From Schmidtea polychroa (taxonomy: Eukaryota), in the NCBI GenBank assembly GCA_044892525.1, contig CM097885.1:39806001-39870000 (forward strand): 64,000 nucleotides of DNA, in the 5' to 3' direction. Below are positions 43,060-57,258 of this stretch, piece after piece. The notes beneath the pieces were generated by a model. The model was not told the origin of the DNA. It was given only the letters and a program-made list of their open reading frames with translations, and made no database searches. Every line of letters starts with the position of its first letter. The first letter of the stretch is position 1. The translations under genes and the position numbers were made by a program.

Positions 43060-44160
43060 ATGTCTCACTCATCGTGCATTATATACACACATCAGTTGTG
43101 CTGACAAGTCCTCTGTGTGTATGTTCGCGCGCGCATGTGTGCGTGTGTATGTGTGTATGTCCAGTAAATTGTGTTGTCACAGTGATGATGGAACTGGTAT
43201 ACAAACGTCATTTGTCAACATTAAAAGTAGCACACAAATTCTTTGTTCAAGATCAATAATAAAAAAATAATAAATCTAATTGCATTTGTTTTTTTTTTAA
43301 ACTTTTTTAATTGCGCCTGTTGACTATACAGTTATTGGGTTTTCTAGGTAGAATAAAAATATTTATCGCTATTTTTATTTGCTCCTTCAAATTTTTTCAA
43401 TGATTTTTTAGTTTTATTTTAAATATATTTCATTGAAAATTTAAGAAGACACTTGAATTTGGCCTCAAATTTTAGCCAGATATGTTTCAGTGTATGTGTG
43501 TTGTGATCGCTGACTTCCTCTCCCTTTCAATGAAGCGCGCATGCGTATGTATGTGCTTTGAAAATACACACACACATATATATACCAAGAGAGATCATGA
43601 CCTGTTTGTATGCACAATGACTAATTGCAATACTATATATCGAATTTACTTGTAATTTTTCTATAGAAAAAATAAATAAATAAATATTGCTGAAACAATA
43701 TGCTTCCATAAAAATAAAAAAATAAAATAAAATCTGACTCCAACAAAGAGAAAAATGATAAAGGAATTCGTCTCATTTTTAAATGTCTACATGCTCATTA
43801 ATATATAAAGGGATATATTTCTTGCCTGTATAAATGAGAACGACTGTAGTGAAATCAAAGTGATTGTGTTTGTAGTGTCTGTATGTGTGCGTGTGTGTTG
43901 CTGAGATTACGAGTAAATGTGTAGCGATTCCACTTACACTGTCTTTGTGTTTGTAGGTGTGTATGAGCGTGTGTTTGAATGAAGACCACGAAATTTGTAT
44001 GCAGTTGGCAAATGGATGCATCGATACTAAGTAAAAAGTTACACATCGCTACATTGAGTTATGTACGCCAACTTTTAAATGATTGCGAGAATAAACAGTT
44101 CCAGATATAATAAATAATCTCAGCAGCCCTGCGAGTAATGTCACACGACTAGTACTTGTT
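43060..44160 (+). promoter_or_regulatory. Candidate proximal promoter / 5' regulatory region of the host gene
   Basis: TG/CA-rich, CpG-containing blocks with two GCGCGCATG motifs (~43129, ~43536), immediately upstream of the first coding exon and free of recognisable TEs. Confidence 0.45.
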
Positions 44161-44496
44161 AAAATAGCAATCTTAAGAAATTATTTTTCTCTTATATGCG
44201 ATAATAGTGTATTATTACTGTTGTTTGGTTTTTCCCCACTCAAAATAAATTTCAATGTTTCAATTGATTGTGAATAATTATTTGATTGGTCTTGAAACTT
44301 CTAATATCAATAACTGAAAATTCCATTTCTAATTTTCTTTAATATTAATCGCCATTTATCGTTTCGATATATATCAAAATCAATTTGTATCCGGATGTTC
44401 ATGATAATTTGAAATTTTATCACTGTGTGGATTTTTTGAAAAATAATTAGATTGATAAATTTTAATTTTTCTTTTTTTTTCCAAAAAAAAGACAAG

Positions 44497-44563
44497 ATGA
44501 GCGATCCAAGTCGAACTGCACCGAACCATCCGGCAGATCCGTCGATTACGAACAGTTTGTATG
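44497..44563 (+). CDS. Host gene, first coding exon (unknown protein)
   Basis: ATG at 44497, MSDPSRTAPNHPADPSITNSLY, GC-richer than flanks, phase-1 donor G|GTGAGA. Confidence 0.8.
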
Positions 44564-44666
44564 GTGAGAGATTTTTGTGGTTATTTGATTTTTTTTTAAA
44601 TAAATAAAAAACAATTTTGATTTTTGTTGATTTTTCCATGATTTTAATGGGAGTTCTTTTTTTCAG

Positions 44667-44951
44667 CTTCTGGATTGGCATTGAATCCAACAATGACAGC
44701 GATGGGGTTTCCCAACAATTTGAGTCCGAATTATCAGTTTTTGATGAGATTAAGTGAATTGTCGAGCAAAATCCAGCCAGCAAATCAAAGCCTCGGTTTC
44801 GTCTCGGTTTCCCATAATAATTTTCTACAACCAACCCTTCCGAATTTAACCCAAACATTGCCGTCATCAACTACTGCTAATGACTTGATGAGTAGCTTTA
44901 ATTGGCTTCAATATGCACAATTGTTATCTTGCGGATCATTGAACAATCTAG
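44667..44951 (+). CDS. Host gene, second coding exon (S/N/L/Q/P-rich low-complexity region)
   Basis: Acceptor ttctttttttcag at 44666. Continues the frame ASGLALNPTMTAMGFP...NWLQYAQLLSCGSLNNL. Phase-1 donor AG|GTAACA. Confidence 0.85.
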
Positions 44952-46443
44952 GTAACATTTGTTATAATAATTATAATCGAAACTTTTTAAAATTATAATC
45001 TTATTATATAATCTGACACATTTAATACAGTTATTATAAATTTATTTCTATTTTTAATAACATAATTATGAAGAAATGATTTTGACACTAAAGTTTTTGA
45101 CCTTCTTTGTACTTTTAATATACTATTTCAAATATTTTATGTTGTTAAAAAATTAAAATATAATTTTTTCCTTATAAAATAGATCGACGTAGATAAAACG
45201 CTGATTATTCTGGTAAATTGATTTTGAAATTTTACATTTATTTGTAAGATATAAATATTATAATTCAATAGATTTCAGTTTGGATTTGTTTAGAGTTTTT
45301 AATTGTTCTTACCTATCATAATTTTAATTATAATAGTTGAAAATGATTATCTATGTCGAATTAAAATTTTATTAATATTATAATTGCACCTGTGTCTAAG
45401 CATCGAAAAGTTTTTGGTAATAATTATTAAATGAACTTAAAATCAGAAATTATGCTTATGTAACAATAAATAATTTATTAAAAGTTTTCTTTGTAGACTT
45501 TTATTGCTTTTAAAAGTTGTAAATTTTTATCGAAATGATGTGGTTATCTTTGATTTATGTAAAGAATTAATAGTTGAGAATGCAAGGATAATAATAAAGA
45601 ACAATTCTTCCAAAGAATGTTGTTTTATTTCTTATCTTTTCTGACCTAAAACAGTCAAAAATTAGAAAACTTCATAGAATATATTAATTATGTTTAGAAT
45701 AATAAGTTTGAGTAATTATTCACGAATTTCCAGAGCATAAAGCAAAAATGTATATGATTTATTGCTTCTCTATTAAATATAAATTTTATTTGATATTTTG
45801 CTACTGTTTAGAATCTAATTTATACATAAATGTTTTCATAAACCTCGAGCTTGAATTTTTTAATATTTCCTACTCACAAGAGTTTCTTCATTCAAGAAAT
45901 TCATAATTTAATAATTTGTAAAAGCCTGAAATAATTGGTTCATTGTAAGCAAAGAGTCTAGAAATGAGAAGATCGATTAAATGGGCTGATAAATTGTCAG
46001 CTTAAGCGTCATTAAATTTCCTTTTATGTAGATATATAAAGTAGAAGGTCTATAAAAGCTATAAAAAACATTTCAAAGATCTGTTTGAATTAAATTTGAT
46101 TTTTTTTTCAGAATTTTCAAAAAGAACAAATTTTGGCAATAATGGAAGTCACGTCGAAAAAACTTAATTTGAATATTTTATAGTTTATTAATTATTTTAA
46201 AGGAATTTCGTTTAATACTGTAGAAATATGACACTACTATAGAAATTTCCAAATGACAATTTTTCATTTCTACTAATACTAATTGAAACTTATTACTTGT
46301 AGCAGACTTTGAAGAAATATTTTCAAAAAATATATTGAAGAAATATTTTTTCCTGAAAGATTTATTTTAATTAATCAAAATGATTGTTTAAATTTAGATT
46401 TTTATCTGTAACTATTATTTCAGTTGATTTTGTAAATCACAAT

Positions 46444-47107
46444 CAGCGCCGTGCTGTAACTTTTTTTATAAATTTGAATTAATTTTTTATTGATTGATGA
46501 ACTTTCGCCTCGTTTAAAAAATTTATCTAATGATCCAGCAAGCCTATTTAATTCTGATGATTTCCGGACCTGTTTTGCTCTTTTTTGTGTGCCGCTTTCA
46601 TAACATCTTTTCGACATTTCTAATTGAGGTGAAAAAATTTACAAAAACAACAGTTTACCTGATGTATTTCTTCTATAAATTTGAATGTATGTATATGTTT
46701 TCAAACTATGTTCGTTAACACAAATTTAATTTGAAAAGTGAAAATTACAATTTATTAAATATATAAACGAATCGTTAAACCTAAAATTAAAATAAAACTT
46801 ATTTCTGTTTATAACTTTGAAATAATATTACTTTTCACTAATAAGACGATATAATAAACAAACAGAAGATAACAATTTGAAGCAAAAAACAACTGAATTA
46901 TTAGGTATATTTGTTTCAAATTAAATCGTTGCCAACTAGATTTTTTTGAAAGTTAAACGAATTTTGAATTTTGAATTTTTTTTCTTTCAATTCGTAGTAA
47001 TTTATGGAATTGGAGAAGTTTTTCTAATGTATTTAATATTTGGGGCCCCTCAAAAATAGGGGGCCCAGTGCGATTGCACTTGTTGCACTTGCGATAGTAC
47101 GGCGCTG
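46444..47107 (-). mobile_element. Non-autonomous hAT deletion derivative (intronic)
   Basis: TIRs CAGCGCCGTGCT / AGTACGGCGCTG. Perfect 8-bp TSD ATCACAAT (46436-46443, 47108-47115). Retains the transposase-like N-terminus MSKRCYESGTQKRAK..GSLDKFFK. Confidence 0.92.
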
Positions 47108-48002
47108 ATCACAATACAGTAAATTCTCAATCTTTTTCAACCATTATTTATACAATGAAACTGCTAATAATTTACGGGTTTAAAAATAGATTTTTAGCTT
47201 TTTTCATTAAAATAATGCATTTTTCTTTTTATTTACATTCGATTTATTTTTCCTTTAGAATTTCATTTATCATGATTTAGATTTTGACTATGGATCATTG
47301 TTTTTTTTCTGGTTGACGCAAATTTTTGACATTTTTTTCAAATGTTATTTTATCTAAAGAACAAAAATTCAATTTTTTCCCATCAGTTTCCATTGGAATT
47401 TTTTAAAATAATTGGACCATTTATTGTAGGAATATAACCAGAATTATATTGATGAGAATAAAAAAATTTTTTCATTTAAAATATATTTTGAAATTTTCCT
47501 AAAATTATTTAAATAGTAATTTTTCTTTTAACAATAATAAAATACATATATTTATTGATGTATTAAAAATAATTCCAAGTAATATATAAAGCAAAAAATT
47601 ACGATATTTTAGATAGAAAGTTCAAATATTTATTTTACCCAGTTTTTCAGTTATTATATGATAATTCTAACGAGTAAATTTCCGATGATTTCATTGTAAA
47701 AAATGCATCGAAATGTCATATTTATATTGCCAGAAAATACATAATGTGATAAACTAAAATCGAATCATGACATTGAATTAAACTTTTACAGACATTAAGA
47801 ATGCAATTCAGAAATCACGAAGTAATTTTTTTTGTTAAGTGAAAAGAGAAATTTCTCCTATACATTACTCTTTACATTAATAATTTATTGTACTTTTCTT
47901 ACATTATAATTACCAGTGAAATAAATAAATTTATTATTTCTATGATTTTTATTAACAACTTTCATCTTTTTTGTATTTTTTTGTTAAATAATCTAGTTTA
48001 CC

Positions 48003-48622
48003 CAGGTCCAGATCCAATAAGTGCGGGGCCTCTATATATTAAATATTTAAATAATATATATATATATATATGTAAATCAAATGTCATGGATCATAAGATA
48101 GGTACATTAAAATTAGGTACATTCTAGATACAGTAAAAAATAAAAATGTAATAACAATTAGTAATTATAGTCACAAAATACAACACTAATAATTAAAACG
48201 ATTAGAAGAATAGAGAACTACAAATCCAATAAACAATTGACATTTGATAGTAGCTACATCTACTTAATAGCGAGCGCAGCGCAATAATGACTAATGCCAA
48301 AAAACGAATGTGAGTGCGACGAGTAAGATACATAAAGAATATAATAATTGAAGGAGAAGACAATACTATCCGATTAATGAAACGTTAGTCAAAAACTACA
48401 ATTACGGATAACGGTTTTCTATATTATAATGTATATACATACATAAACACAATAAAAAATCTTATCCATCAATGCGAACTTAAAATAAATATATTTTTAA
48501 GTATTTGAATAATTTATCCATTATCGTCAAAAGCAATTTGCTTTAAATTTCGAAAAATAACTCTGTGAATTTTGGTGGTGATTCGGGGCCCGATCGCTCT
48601 AATCGTCTTAAATACGGACCTG
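48003..48622. mobile_element. hAT-type MITE (intronic)
   Basis: Ends CAGGTCC / GGACCTG with subterminal ggggcc. Flanks AGTTTACC / ATTCTACC (6/8 TSD match). Confidence 0.75.
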
Positions 48623-49360
48623 ATTCTACCAATTGAATTTTATTTTATTCTCCTTGAATATCAATAGCAATTTGTTCCTTCCTTTTGCCTAATCAATTAA
48701 AAAAAACATTTATTTAATGAAATTTATTTTAAAATTATAAATTAAAATAACTATCTTGTAAGATAATATGAAAACCCATGAAAAGTCGTTTATCATTTTC
48801 ATTCTAAAATTTAAGAAAATTTTATAATTAAACATGAAATTATGTTATTTTCTCACAAAAAAAAATAACACTCAAATGTGATCTGTTACTTGATGATAGA
48901 GTTGAATGACAGCTGTAATATCTGGTTGATTATACCAATAAATGTACATGGCGTTTTTCATTAAATTTCGACTGCTTCCAATTTTAAATAAATTAATAAA
49001 AAACTACATTGATATATAATCTGACAAAATGAAGATAAATAAAATCGTAAATAACAGATCAACAGTGAAGAAATTGGCAGATTTTTATGATAATAAATGT
49101 ATCATATAAATTTATCGATAACATTTATATATCAAAAACTATTTATGTTTGTTATGTTTATCTCTGATTATTTAGAAATTTTTCAAAAAAATTTTCAAAA
49201 GCAAATTTTTTATAATCTAAATATTAATGTGCAAAATTTGTTATTTCTAATATTACAATATTTTTGTATTAACTGAAATATTATTTTTAATTTTTTTTCA
49301 ATAGGCATCCCTTTAAAAAGCAAAATTTGATTTCCAATAATTCTGAATTTTACAACCTGT

Positions 49361-49709
49361 CAGTGGCGTAACAACGGCTTGGCATTGGGGTAGTTGCTAA
49401 GGACGTCGCAAGAGCTCCGCTAAATCTCTAATTTTAAAATTTTTATTTAAATAGATATTTCACTTTTATCCATGATAACAAAAAAACTAATAATTAATTA
49501 TATTTAAATATATTTCATTTAATCCATTATAATATTTTTTTATTATGTTTGTTGCCTTTGTGGGGCTTCTTATCATACAAATGTCAATATGATTTTATTA
49601 GTAACCGGAAGGGGAAAGAACAACAAAACTGCTCATTCTGCACTTGTGATTAATCATTAATCATTAAGGGCGCCAAAAATAAATTAGCCAAGGGCGTCGA
49701 AAACCCAGT
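49361..49709. mobile_element. hAT-type MITE with deleted right TIR
   Basis: Left end CAGTGGCGTAAC, subterminal (g)ccaagggcgtc-like repeats. Flanks CAACCTGT / CAACCTGA (7/8). Confidence 0.65.
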
Positions 49710-51844
49710 CAACCTGAAGTCAAATTTTTAATTTCAGTTACTCCTTCCGAAACTCGACACAATTGTACTTTTTCCCATATTTAATTGACTAAAACTTTGG
49801 ATGATATACTTTTTATTTTTATAATTTTCTTAAAGTTTGTGAAAATTGAAACGAATACCAAATTTCTCATAATCGAAAATATCTAATAACAGTTTCATTA
49901 TTTTACGACGCATTTCAATTTTAGAGAAATCTATCGCAGAATAATTTATATTAAGTGCTAATTTATATTAAGTGAACTGGTTATCAATGATCAAGTATTG
50001 AAATTTAAACAAATATTATTAAATATTTTTCTTATCATAAATGTCAAATATTTATTAGAAATAAATAAAGTCAAAAATAGTAAAAACCCGACATATTTAA
50101 TAGTGGACCTCTGAGTAAAATATAGTAGTGTACAAAGATGAAATAATATTTTTTCAAAATATGCTGAAATAAAAAATGCAGAAATAATTTTTTTTCATTA
50201 TGACTATGGATCAGTTCTTTGCTCCTTATGTAAATTTTCGGCAATAGTCTCTTCAGGTGTTTTTTACACTTATATTAACAATTGACAATGCCAAAAATTT
50301 ATTTCACAAAAAATTTGATTTCTAGTCGTAATGAAAATAAATGAAATATTAAAAAAAAGCAAAATATGATCAGTGATTATGAGTGAGACTAGAATTTTTC
50401 GAACCGAGACGAGACCGAGACAAGAATTTAGTACTTCTCGTAAGACCGAGAGCGAGAGGAGACGAGAAATAAAACAATTTTGAAAACAAATTTATTAAAA
50501 TCCAAGTTTAAAAAAATACAATGTAAACATGGCTTTGACAAGCAGACATAAATGTAAACAACTTTTCTAAATATTAATTCAGAATTCTTTTGCCAAACTT
50601 TTCCAATAAAGCAATGTTTTCTTTGATTAAGATGATTTGTTCCACTTTTTCTGGGTGTAAGTTGTGCCTGGATAATCGGACTACATTTTTACCTAAGCTA
50701 ATTTAGTAATTTAGTAGAATTTGTTGGAATAGCTAAAATTTGTCTAGCTAATGAAGAGAGTTCTAGTAATGTATATAATACAATTTCCACCAATCAAGAA
50801 TCTGAAAGTCTTTCGACATCAGGGAGATATTCATACTTGCACTTTTCGCTGAGAATAGAATTTAGTTTAGATGTTGGCTCTTGTGGTTCACGTCTGACGT
50901 TTAACTTGTGCTTAAATTTTGAATTAAGAGACAAATCCGCTGAAAGGACTCTGGCAACAGGTTGGCACTCAACATTGTCCTTAACCCGTGAGGCTAACCA
51001 TTCTTTAGTTGTTTAAAATTTTTTGAAGAGATTCAAGTGAAGTCCTTTTAAAACAGGGTTTAAGTAGTTTCCTGCAGCACTCAAGAAGTTTTCTGTTTGA
51101 CAAAGAGGAAATCTTTTCTCAATGCAGCATTTCAAGTTTTTTGCATACAAGACACCATAGGCATTTTTTCCATTCGTCTTGCTCAAAGAGCTTTGACAAT
51201 TAGACAGCAAGTTTCATGTTGTACACAATACATTGGGAAATCAGCAGGCAAATTTAGCTCTTCTAAGAAAGAATCCAGCTTTCCTTCAATTAAGATACCC
51301 GTGTGTCTGCCTGGGAACTGTTGGACATGCGGTGTCCAGTTATGTAGTCTCCAATTTTTGTCAATAGCATGTAAGGTTCAAGAGATGTCCTGAGCTCTAG
51401 AAATCAAAAGGTCAGAAGTAAATGCTGTACTTTTTAGATTTGGCGTAATCTCCGTTATTATGCTCATCATTCCAGTTCAGGCTTCTCTTACCCGAATTGA
51501 ATGTTGTTCTGTAATGAATGCTCAGTTTAGGATTTGCAATGTGGAACAGTTTCTTGAAACCTCTTTCCTCGACTACTGAAAAGGATGCCAGATCGGTGCA
51601 AAAGTAATCCGGCATTGCAAAGTCAAACTATTATTGAATGCAATTGTTTTTATCATATTTGGACTTTGTTGTTTAGTCTTGCATTCAGCACCATCACTTG
51701 TTTTATGAAAATATTTCCAGATTTTGTTTTTTCTTTGTGAAATTTTTGATCGTTGAAATTTAATTAGATTTATTAAAATCACCGAGTCAATATTAATTAA
51801 AAAAACAAATTATAAGCATTTTGTTAATAATATTATTTTATTAA

Positions 51845-52080
51845 CCCTACACTGCATGACTTTTTATATTTGATAGGAAACTTAAACTGTAAGACGTTTT
51901 AAAAATTGATTTGGTAATACAAAACTATTGAGAATTACATTACGGTTTTTTTTGTATTATATTGCAAATATAGCCAATACAATGTAATATGAGAGAACAT
52001 TTACCGAGAACAAGAGCGAGACAGTTTTTATTCTAATAAGATAATTGTGTATCACCAGTGATACAATATGCAGTGTAGGG
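51845..52080. mobile_element. piggyBac-type MITE nested in the hAT element
   Basis: Perfect 13-bp TIRs CCCTACACTGCAT / ATGCAGTGTAGGG flanked by TTAA on both sides. Confidence 0.93.
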
Positions 52081-52116
52081 TTAAAGTATAAAGTGATGAT
52101 TTCTTGGTAGCAGCAT

Positions 52117-52216
52117 TTATTATTTAAAACAATAAAGTGATAAAGACTATCTTATAGTCGAAATATTTTCATTAAATACATTATTTGCAGCAAAAGGCTT
52201 AAATTATCACTTTATT
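52117..52216 (+). mobile_element. Short PLE 3'-end copy with inverted 5' segment
   Basis: 52143-52216 matches 20572-20646. 52117-52143 is the exact 27-nt reverse complement of 20634-20660. Confidence 0.75.
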
Positions 52217-55200
52217 TTATTATTTTTTTAATTTGGAAAATAATATAATATTTAAGTCTCGTTCTACTCACGAGAAACGAAAACGAGACGAGATCTCGTT
52301 CATGGTAATGAAAAATTAAAGAATTTTACTAATAGCATTCAATAAATTTCTATTTGAATCGCGATAAAAGTTATCTGATTTGAAAAAAAATATGAAAAAC
52401 GGTTGATCGACAGAAAAATAAAAGAAAAAACTCGGTTAGCAAATTGCCCCAAAAAGAATTCGTATTTCTCATAACCCAACCAAAAATAAGACAAGCCAAT
52501 ATTAGTCAGCTTTCAAATGATAAAAAATGAAACCTAAAAGTACTCAAACATTCATTTATTTAATTAAAAATTTAATAAAATTACTAACTCACCTGGTTTA
52601 CTATTTATTTGTACAATTTAATCATATTATGAGATAGTGAAAGATATATTAAACAACCCTTTTACTCAATGAAATGGGCCAAAACGAGTTAGATTTTGAT
52701 ATAGTAGAAATTTACCACAGCTAAGTAATATGTGGATTTACTATTCAATTGAGCTACGGAAAAGTTTTACCTCGACTTAAGGAAAACACTTGAAAATATG
52801 TACAAACAAGTCTGCAACAATGACGTAACGTTAAATGATGTATAATCAAGAATTTTGATTACTATGTATAGAATTAAACATATTCTAAAAAGATATCAAC
52901 TTATAATATTTAAATTAGTTAATAGTAAATTCTATAAGTGTTCATTCTTTATTTTAAAGATTAAAAATTATTTCCGTGCTTTGAAATAAACAATCAGGTA
53001 ATTAGATTCAATAGCTGTTAATGGCTTAATGGTAATGAGTCTCAGATGTAGGACGGCTAAGGTTTTCAAGTTTTAATAGGAATTCAATTACATAGCAAAC
53101 TAATATTATTTCGAATTTTCACTTGCGCATAAAAATACATTATTACTGATTGTAACCAATGTAACTGTGGAAGTTTATGCGGACATAGCTATCGTTAAAC
53201 GTTATCGCTCTATTTTAAACTGGAACTTTACCAAAATAAGGTTTAGAATAAAACAAAAGTAGGATATGAATAAAGTGTATTAATCGAAATAATATAAGAA
53301 TGGAGTATACAATTTATTTCAACGGATTTTTGTAAACAATGATGAAAGAATTTGTAATAAGATCCAATTTCAGTTGCATTTTACCGGAATAATTTCACTC
53401 TTTATTTCCCAGTTAATTAAAAGTATAGCTTATCATAAACTTTTTAAAGCTTCTTCAATATCTAAAAGCTTGTCAACCTTTCTCTTTTTTTTATTGACAT
53501 AATACGTCCAATTACCGAAAAAGATATTTTAAAATTGTGCCTTTAATTAAAGCTTAGAATAAATTACTAAATAACAATATTTTTGAATATTAATTTCTAT
53601 AATAAATTTTCTTATTTTATTTTACTTTCAAACCCAAATTATCTACATGAAAATACAAGTTTAAAATAAGGTATTAACTATTACAATATTATCTCTGTAA
53701 AACGATTGATATACTTAAATCTTTATGAACGAATTATTATTAATTTGAGAAAAAAAGTATTTTGTTTCACGCAACAGCCAGAGGAACATTATACTCAGAC
53801 ATGAGCGATACCTAGCGACAATAAATACGGTCGAAGCTTCATTATCACTATTAAAATATTTTAATGAAAATACCGGCAATTTTCATGTATGTATTTTCCT
53901 ATTTAATTAATAAGAATAATTAAATTAAATTTTAAAAGTTTTTATGCTTATTTTTATTAAAATGTTATATTTTAAAAATTTTAAAATATTTTAAAAATAC
54001 TCTTAACAATTTAACCATTGAAAATCTATCATAAAACTGTTCGCAACCGAAGTGAGCGGAATAAATATCATTTTTATTTTCAATATTTAGAATATTTTAT
54101 TGTCGAATATTTAATATCGTCATAATAATTACTTTAATAATAATAATGATTACCAAACACTAAAAATGAAAATGCTAATAATTATTCTATTGTGCATTTA
54201 CAATTTATTTGCACAAATATATATTCAAACATAACATTAAACTTTCGTTACCAGTGAAACCTAAAAAAGTTATTTAAACATTATTCATTTTCTTACGAAA
54301 ATTTCCAAGATTTAATAAATCTATTTAAATTTTCCAATTAAATTAAATTTATGAATATGGACGTTTTGTATGAATAATATTTCAGAATATAAACTATTGA
54401 ATTCATAAAAGGGCAAGCTAACAAATTGGTGCAAAATATGTAGGTTTTAATTTGTATTAAATTAATATCAAATTAAAGTGGTTGCTGGTGGTTTATATAG
54501 TAATAGAAACAATATTTGTGAATTTTTTGTAATAAGTCAAATTGAATAAAACACTGTCCAAACAAATGAAATGTTTTATAATGATGATACTATAATAATA
54601 TAACTAACTTTGTATTTATGTTCTTTTATACATGAAAATATGTAAAAATTTTAAAATGTTGATGAAAAACTTTTTTGATTAATTTATTACAAACCGATAC
54701 AAAAGGTTTCTGTTAAGAATTGTTCTCAGAATCATCAAACGTCCTCGACGGTTAATTGTATTTTCTTTTCACATAATCTTTTAACTTATTTATATTACCG
54801 AAATCGCCTTGATATTCAATTTCATTATGAGATTTTGTAAATTAATTTCATTAATTTGTAATTAAATTAATTGCTAAAGCACCAATTGTGTATTTTCTCT
54901 TTTTACAAAACTTCATTATAAAAAATATTCCCAATTTTGGCAAACATTTTGTCTTTCCTCTCTAGATAATATACAAGTCATGTTTAATTACTTATACCAA
55001 TCAAAGAAACAAATATATTTTCTAATTACTACTAAATTATTAATTTTTTAACATAATATTATTAACAACTACATTTAATACTTTTCTATTATCTTAAGAA
55101 TCAATGTTAAATATTATTTGAAGTAATACATTGAAAATATTATTAACTTTAATCTCTAAGGAAACTGGTAAAAATGAAATAATAAAAAAGAACCGTAGTA

Positions 55201-57258
55201 CATTATTATAATTTTTAATCATCCTGTGCCAAAAATTTTTTTGTTAAATTTTTAAAATTTTTACACTCATTTGCTTTTACTTAAAAAACATAATTTATTA
55301 ATTCAAATTGATTAAGTAAAAAAAATTGTTTTAAAAAATTAAATATTTATTATTCTAGTTTTGATTTTTATTTATTCATTGCTTCCAATCAAATATAAAG
55401 CGTCATAATCGAGACTGGAATTATATTGAAAATCGAAAGATAAACCAAAAAATCTTAATTTGAAATTTTCCAATTAAAATGACGACTGAAAAAAACGGAA
55501 AGGAAAAATATGAATATTACCATAGAAAAACTAACTAATTTAATTCAATAGAGAAATAAACTAAATTCCCAGAAATCGATTCATCAGCCTTGTTTTGTTT
55601 GCTTTCTGTAAAAATTACTTCATCATAAAATAATCAATCAAAATCAGTTAGCAGCGTGAATTATTAAAATTTGTGGAATTCCTTCCTACTAGCAGAAAAT
55701 TCCTCTGGTTATTAAATACAATTTATATATGATTAATCTAGTTATATCTTGATTTCTCTGTAGTTTTAGGATAAGTAATTTAAATATTAATGAAATAAAT
55801 ATAACAAAAAAATACATGGATATAAAATTTTTAAAAAATGTAACAATATATTTCGCAATAAATAAATCAAAAAATTATATAAAAAATATATTAAATAAGC
55901 ATAAAATACACAAAATTCACACACACACACACATATTCAGTCTATATATATTCAGTCTAAACATATTTCTAATATAAAAAATAAATTTAAAAGTAATTCA
56001 GGATTTATTTAAAAATTATATATAAATATATTTTTACAAAGTAGATTTCAATACTCAATGTCATTTCCCCTTCCTAGATTATCCAGACAATGTATTGTTT
56101 AATTGTAATTTTTATAGAAATGTCATTTGTGTTCTCTTCACATTTACTGACGGCGACAAATTGTTCTACATTTTTTTAAAAAAAAATTCGTTATAATTCA
56201 TCACATTCTGTATCAAAATTACATTTAAAATAATACAATTTTTTGGGGGAATTTAAAAATTTCCTATACTATAGAATTTATTAACAGTAAATAATTGCAA
56301 GTGTTTTAAATATTCATCAAAAGTGCAACAAAATCGCTTAAATCTTTCCATGATAAATCTCCAAAATAGTTTCGAGTTACTTTGTTTGAATCTTCAAAAT
56401 CATTTATCATAATTTATGACAAAATATATTTATTAACTTCAGGTATTTTTCAGAATTTCACAATGGACTATGTCTGTTTTATTTTTTATTTTCTTAGTCA
56501 TTTTCTAATAAATGTGGATTTATTTCAAAACATTTTCTAAGAAATAATATTTATTTTTCTATTTTATTTATATTATAACATTTGCTATTTCATTCAATCA
56601 TATTTTTCTTTTCTCCGAATATTCATGTTTTGAATTCTCAAATAAAGTTTTTTTTCAATTGTTTAAATATAGTTTTAGTAATCAGCCAAAGTCACTATTT
56701 TTATTTGTAAAAGAAATAAAACCATTCAGCTATAAAATATAATTGTCACAGAGTCTAAATAGAGAAATATATTTTCCAACTTATCATGCAATGTCAGGAT
56801 AGTATTAATTTTCTAATATGGTATAGCACTAATTTTGATGATTTTTCACTTACTATTAACTACAGATATATCTAAATTTGATTTGTATAAATATTGCATT
56901 GTAACAACTTTAGGGATAGTATTGGGCTGAATAAAAGTGCAAAGGCCTCAAAGATTTACATTTAAATTTAATTTTAGTATCAGTTTTAGTTTTGCTTAAC
57001 CAGACTTTCATCTTTTAGTTTTTTGTAATAATTTTGAAATTCATTATAATAATAAAAATTCCAACTGATGTAATAATAATAATTATATTAATCATTATTA
57101 ATATTGCCATTATGAATCATTAAATAAAGTCGGCAAAATCATCAAACCTCAAATAATATTTTTATAATCCAATAATAGAAATATTAGAAAGTTGTTTAAA
57201 ATATGTAAAATTTAAATTCATATATTGTACAAAATCATGGAAAATTTCTATAATTCAG

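Larger units (their letters stand above)
50371..52310 (-). mobile_element. hAT-Ac/ZBED-like DNA transposon with decayed transposase
   Basis: Subterminal CGAGAC repeats at both ends. Minus-strand BED-finger start KIWKYFHKTSDGAEC, then FSVVEERGFKKLF, AAGNYLNPVLKG and LSSLARQILAIPTNS (dimerisation domain). TIRs imperfect; no clean TSD. Confidence 0.85.

Noticed and set aside
43034..44046. Several short ORFs rich in C/V/H/T
   Set aside because: They are by-products of TG/CA dinucleotide-rich sequence, with no domain or splice support.
44307..44870. 187-aa minus-strand ORF
   Set aside because: It is the antisense shadow of the plus-strand exons, which have proper splice signals, and it runs through T-rich intron sequence.
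49295..49360. Strong-looking acceptor ttttttcaatag as an extra exon
   Set aside because: The frame required by exon 2 hits TGA within nine codons, and no good donor follows.
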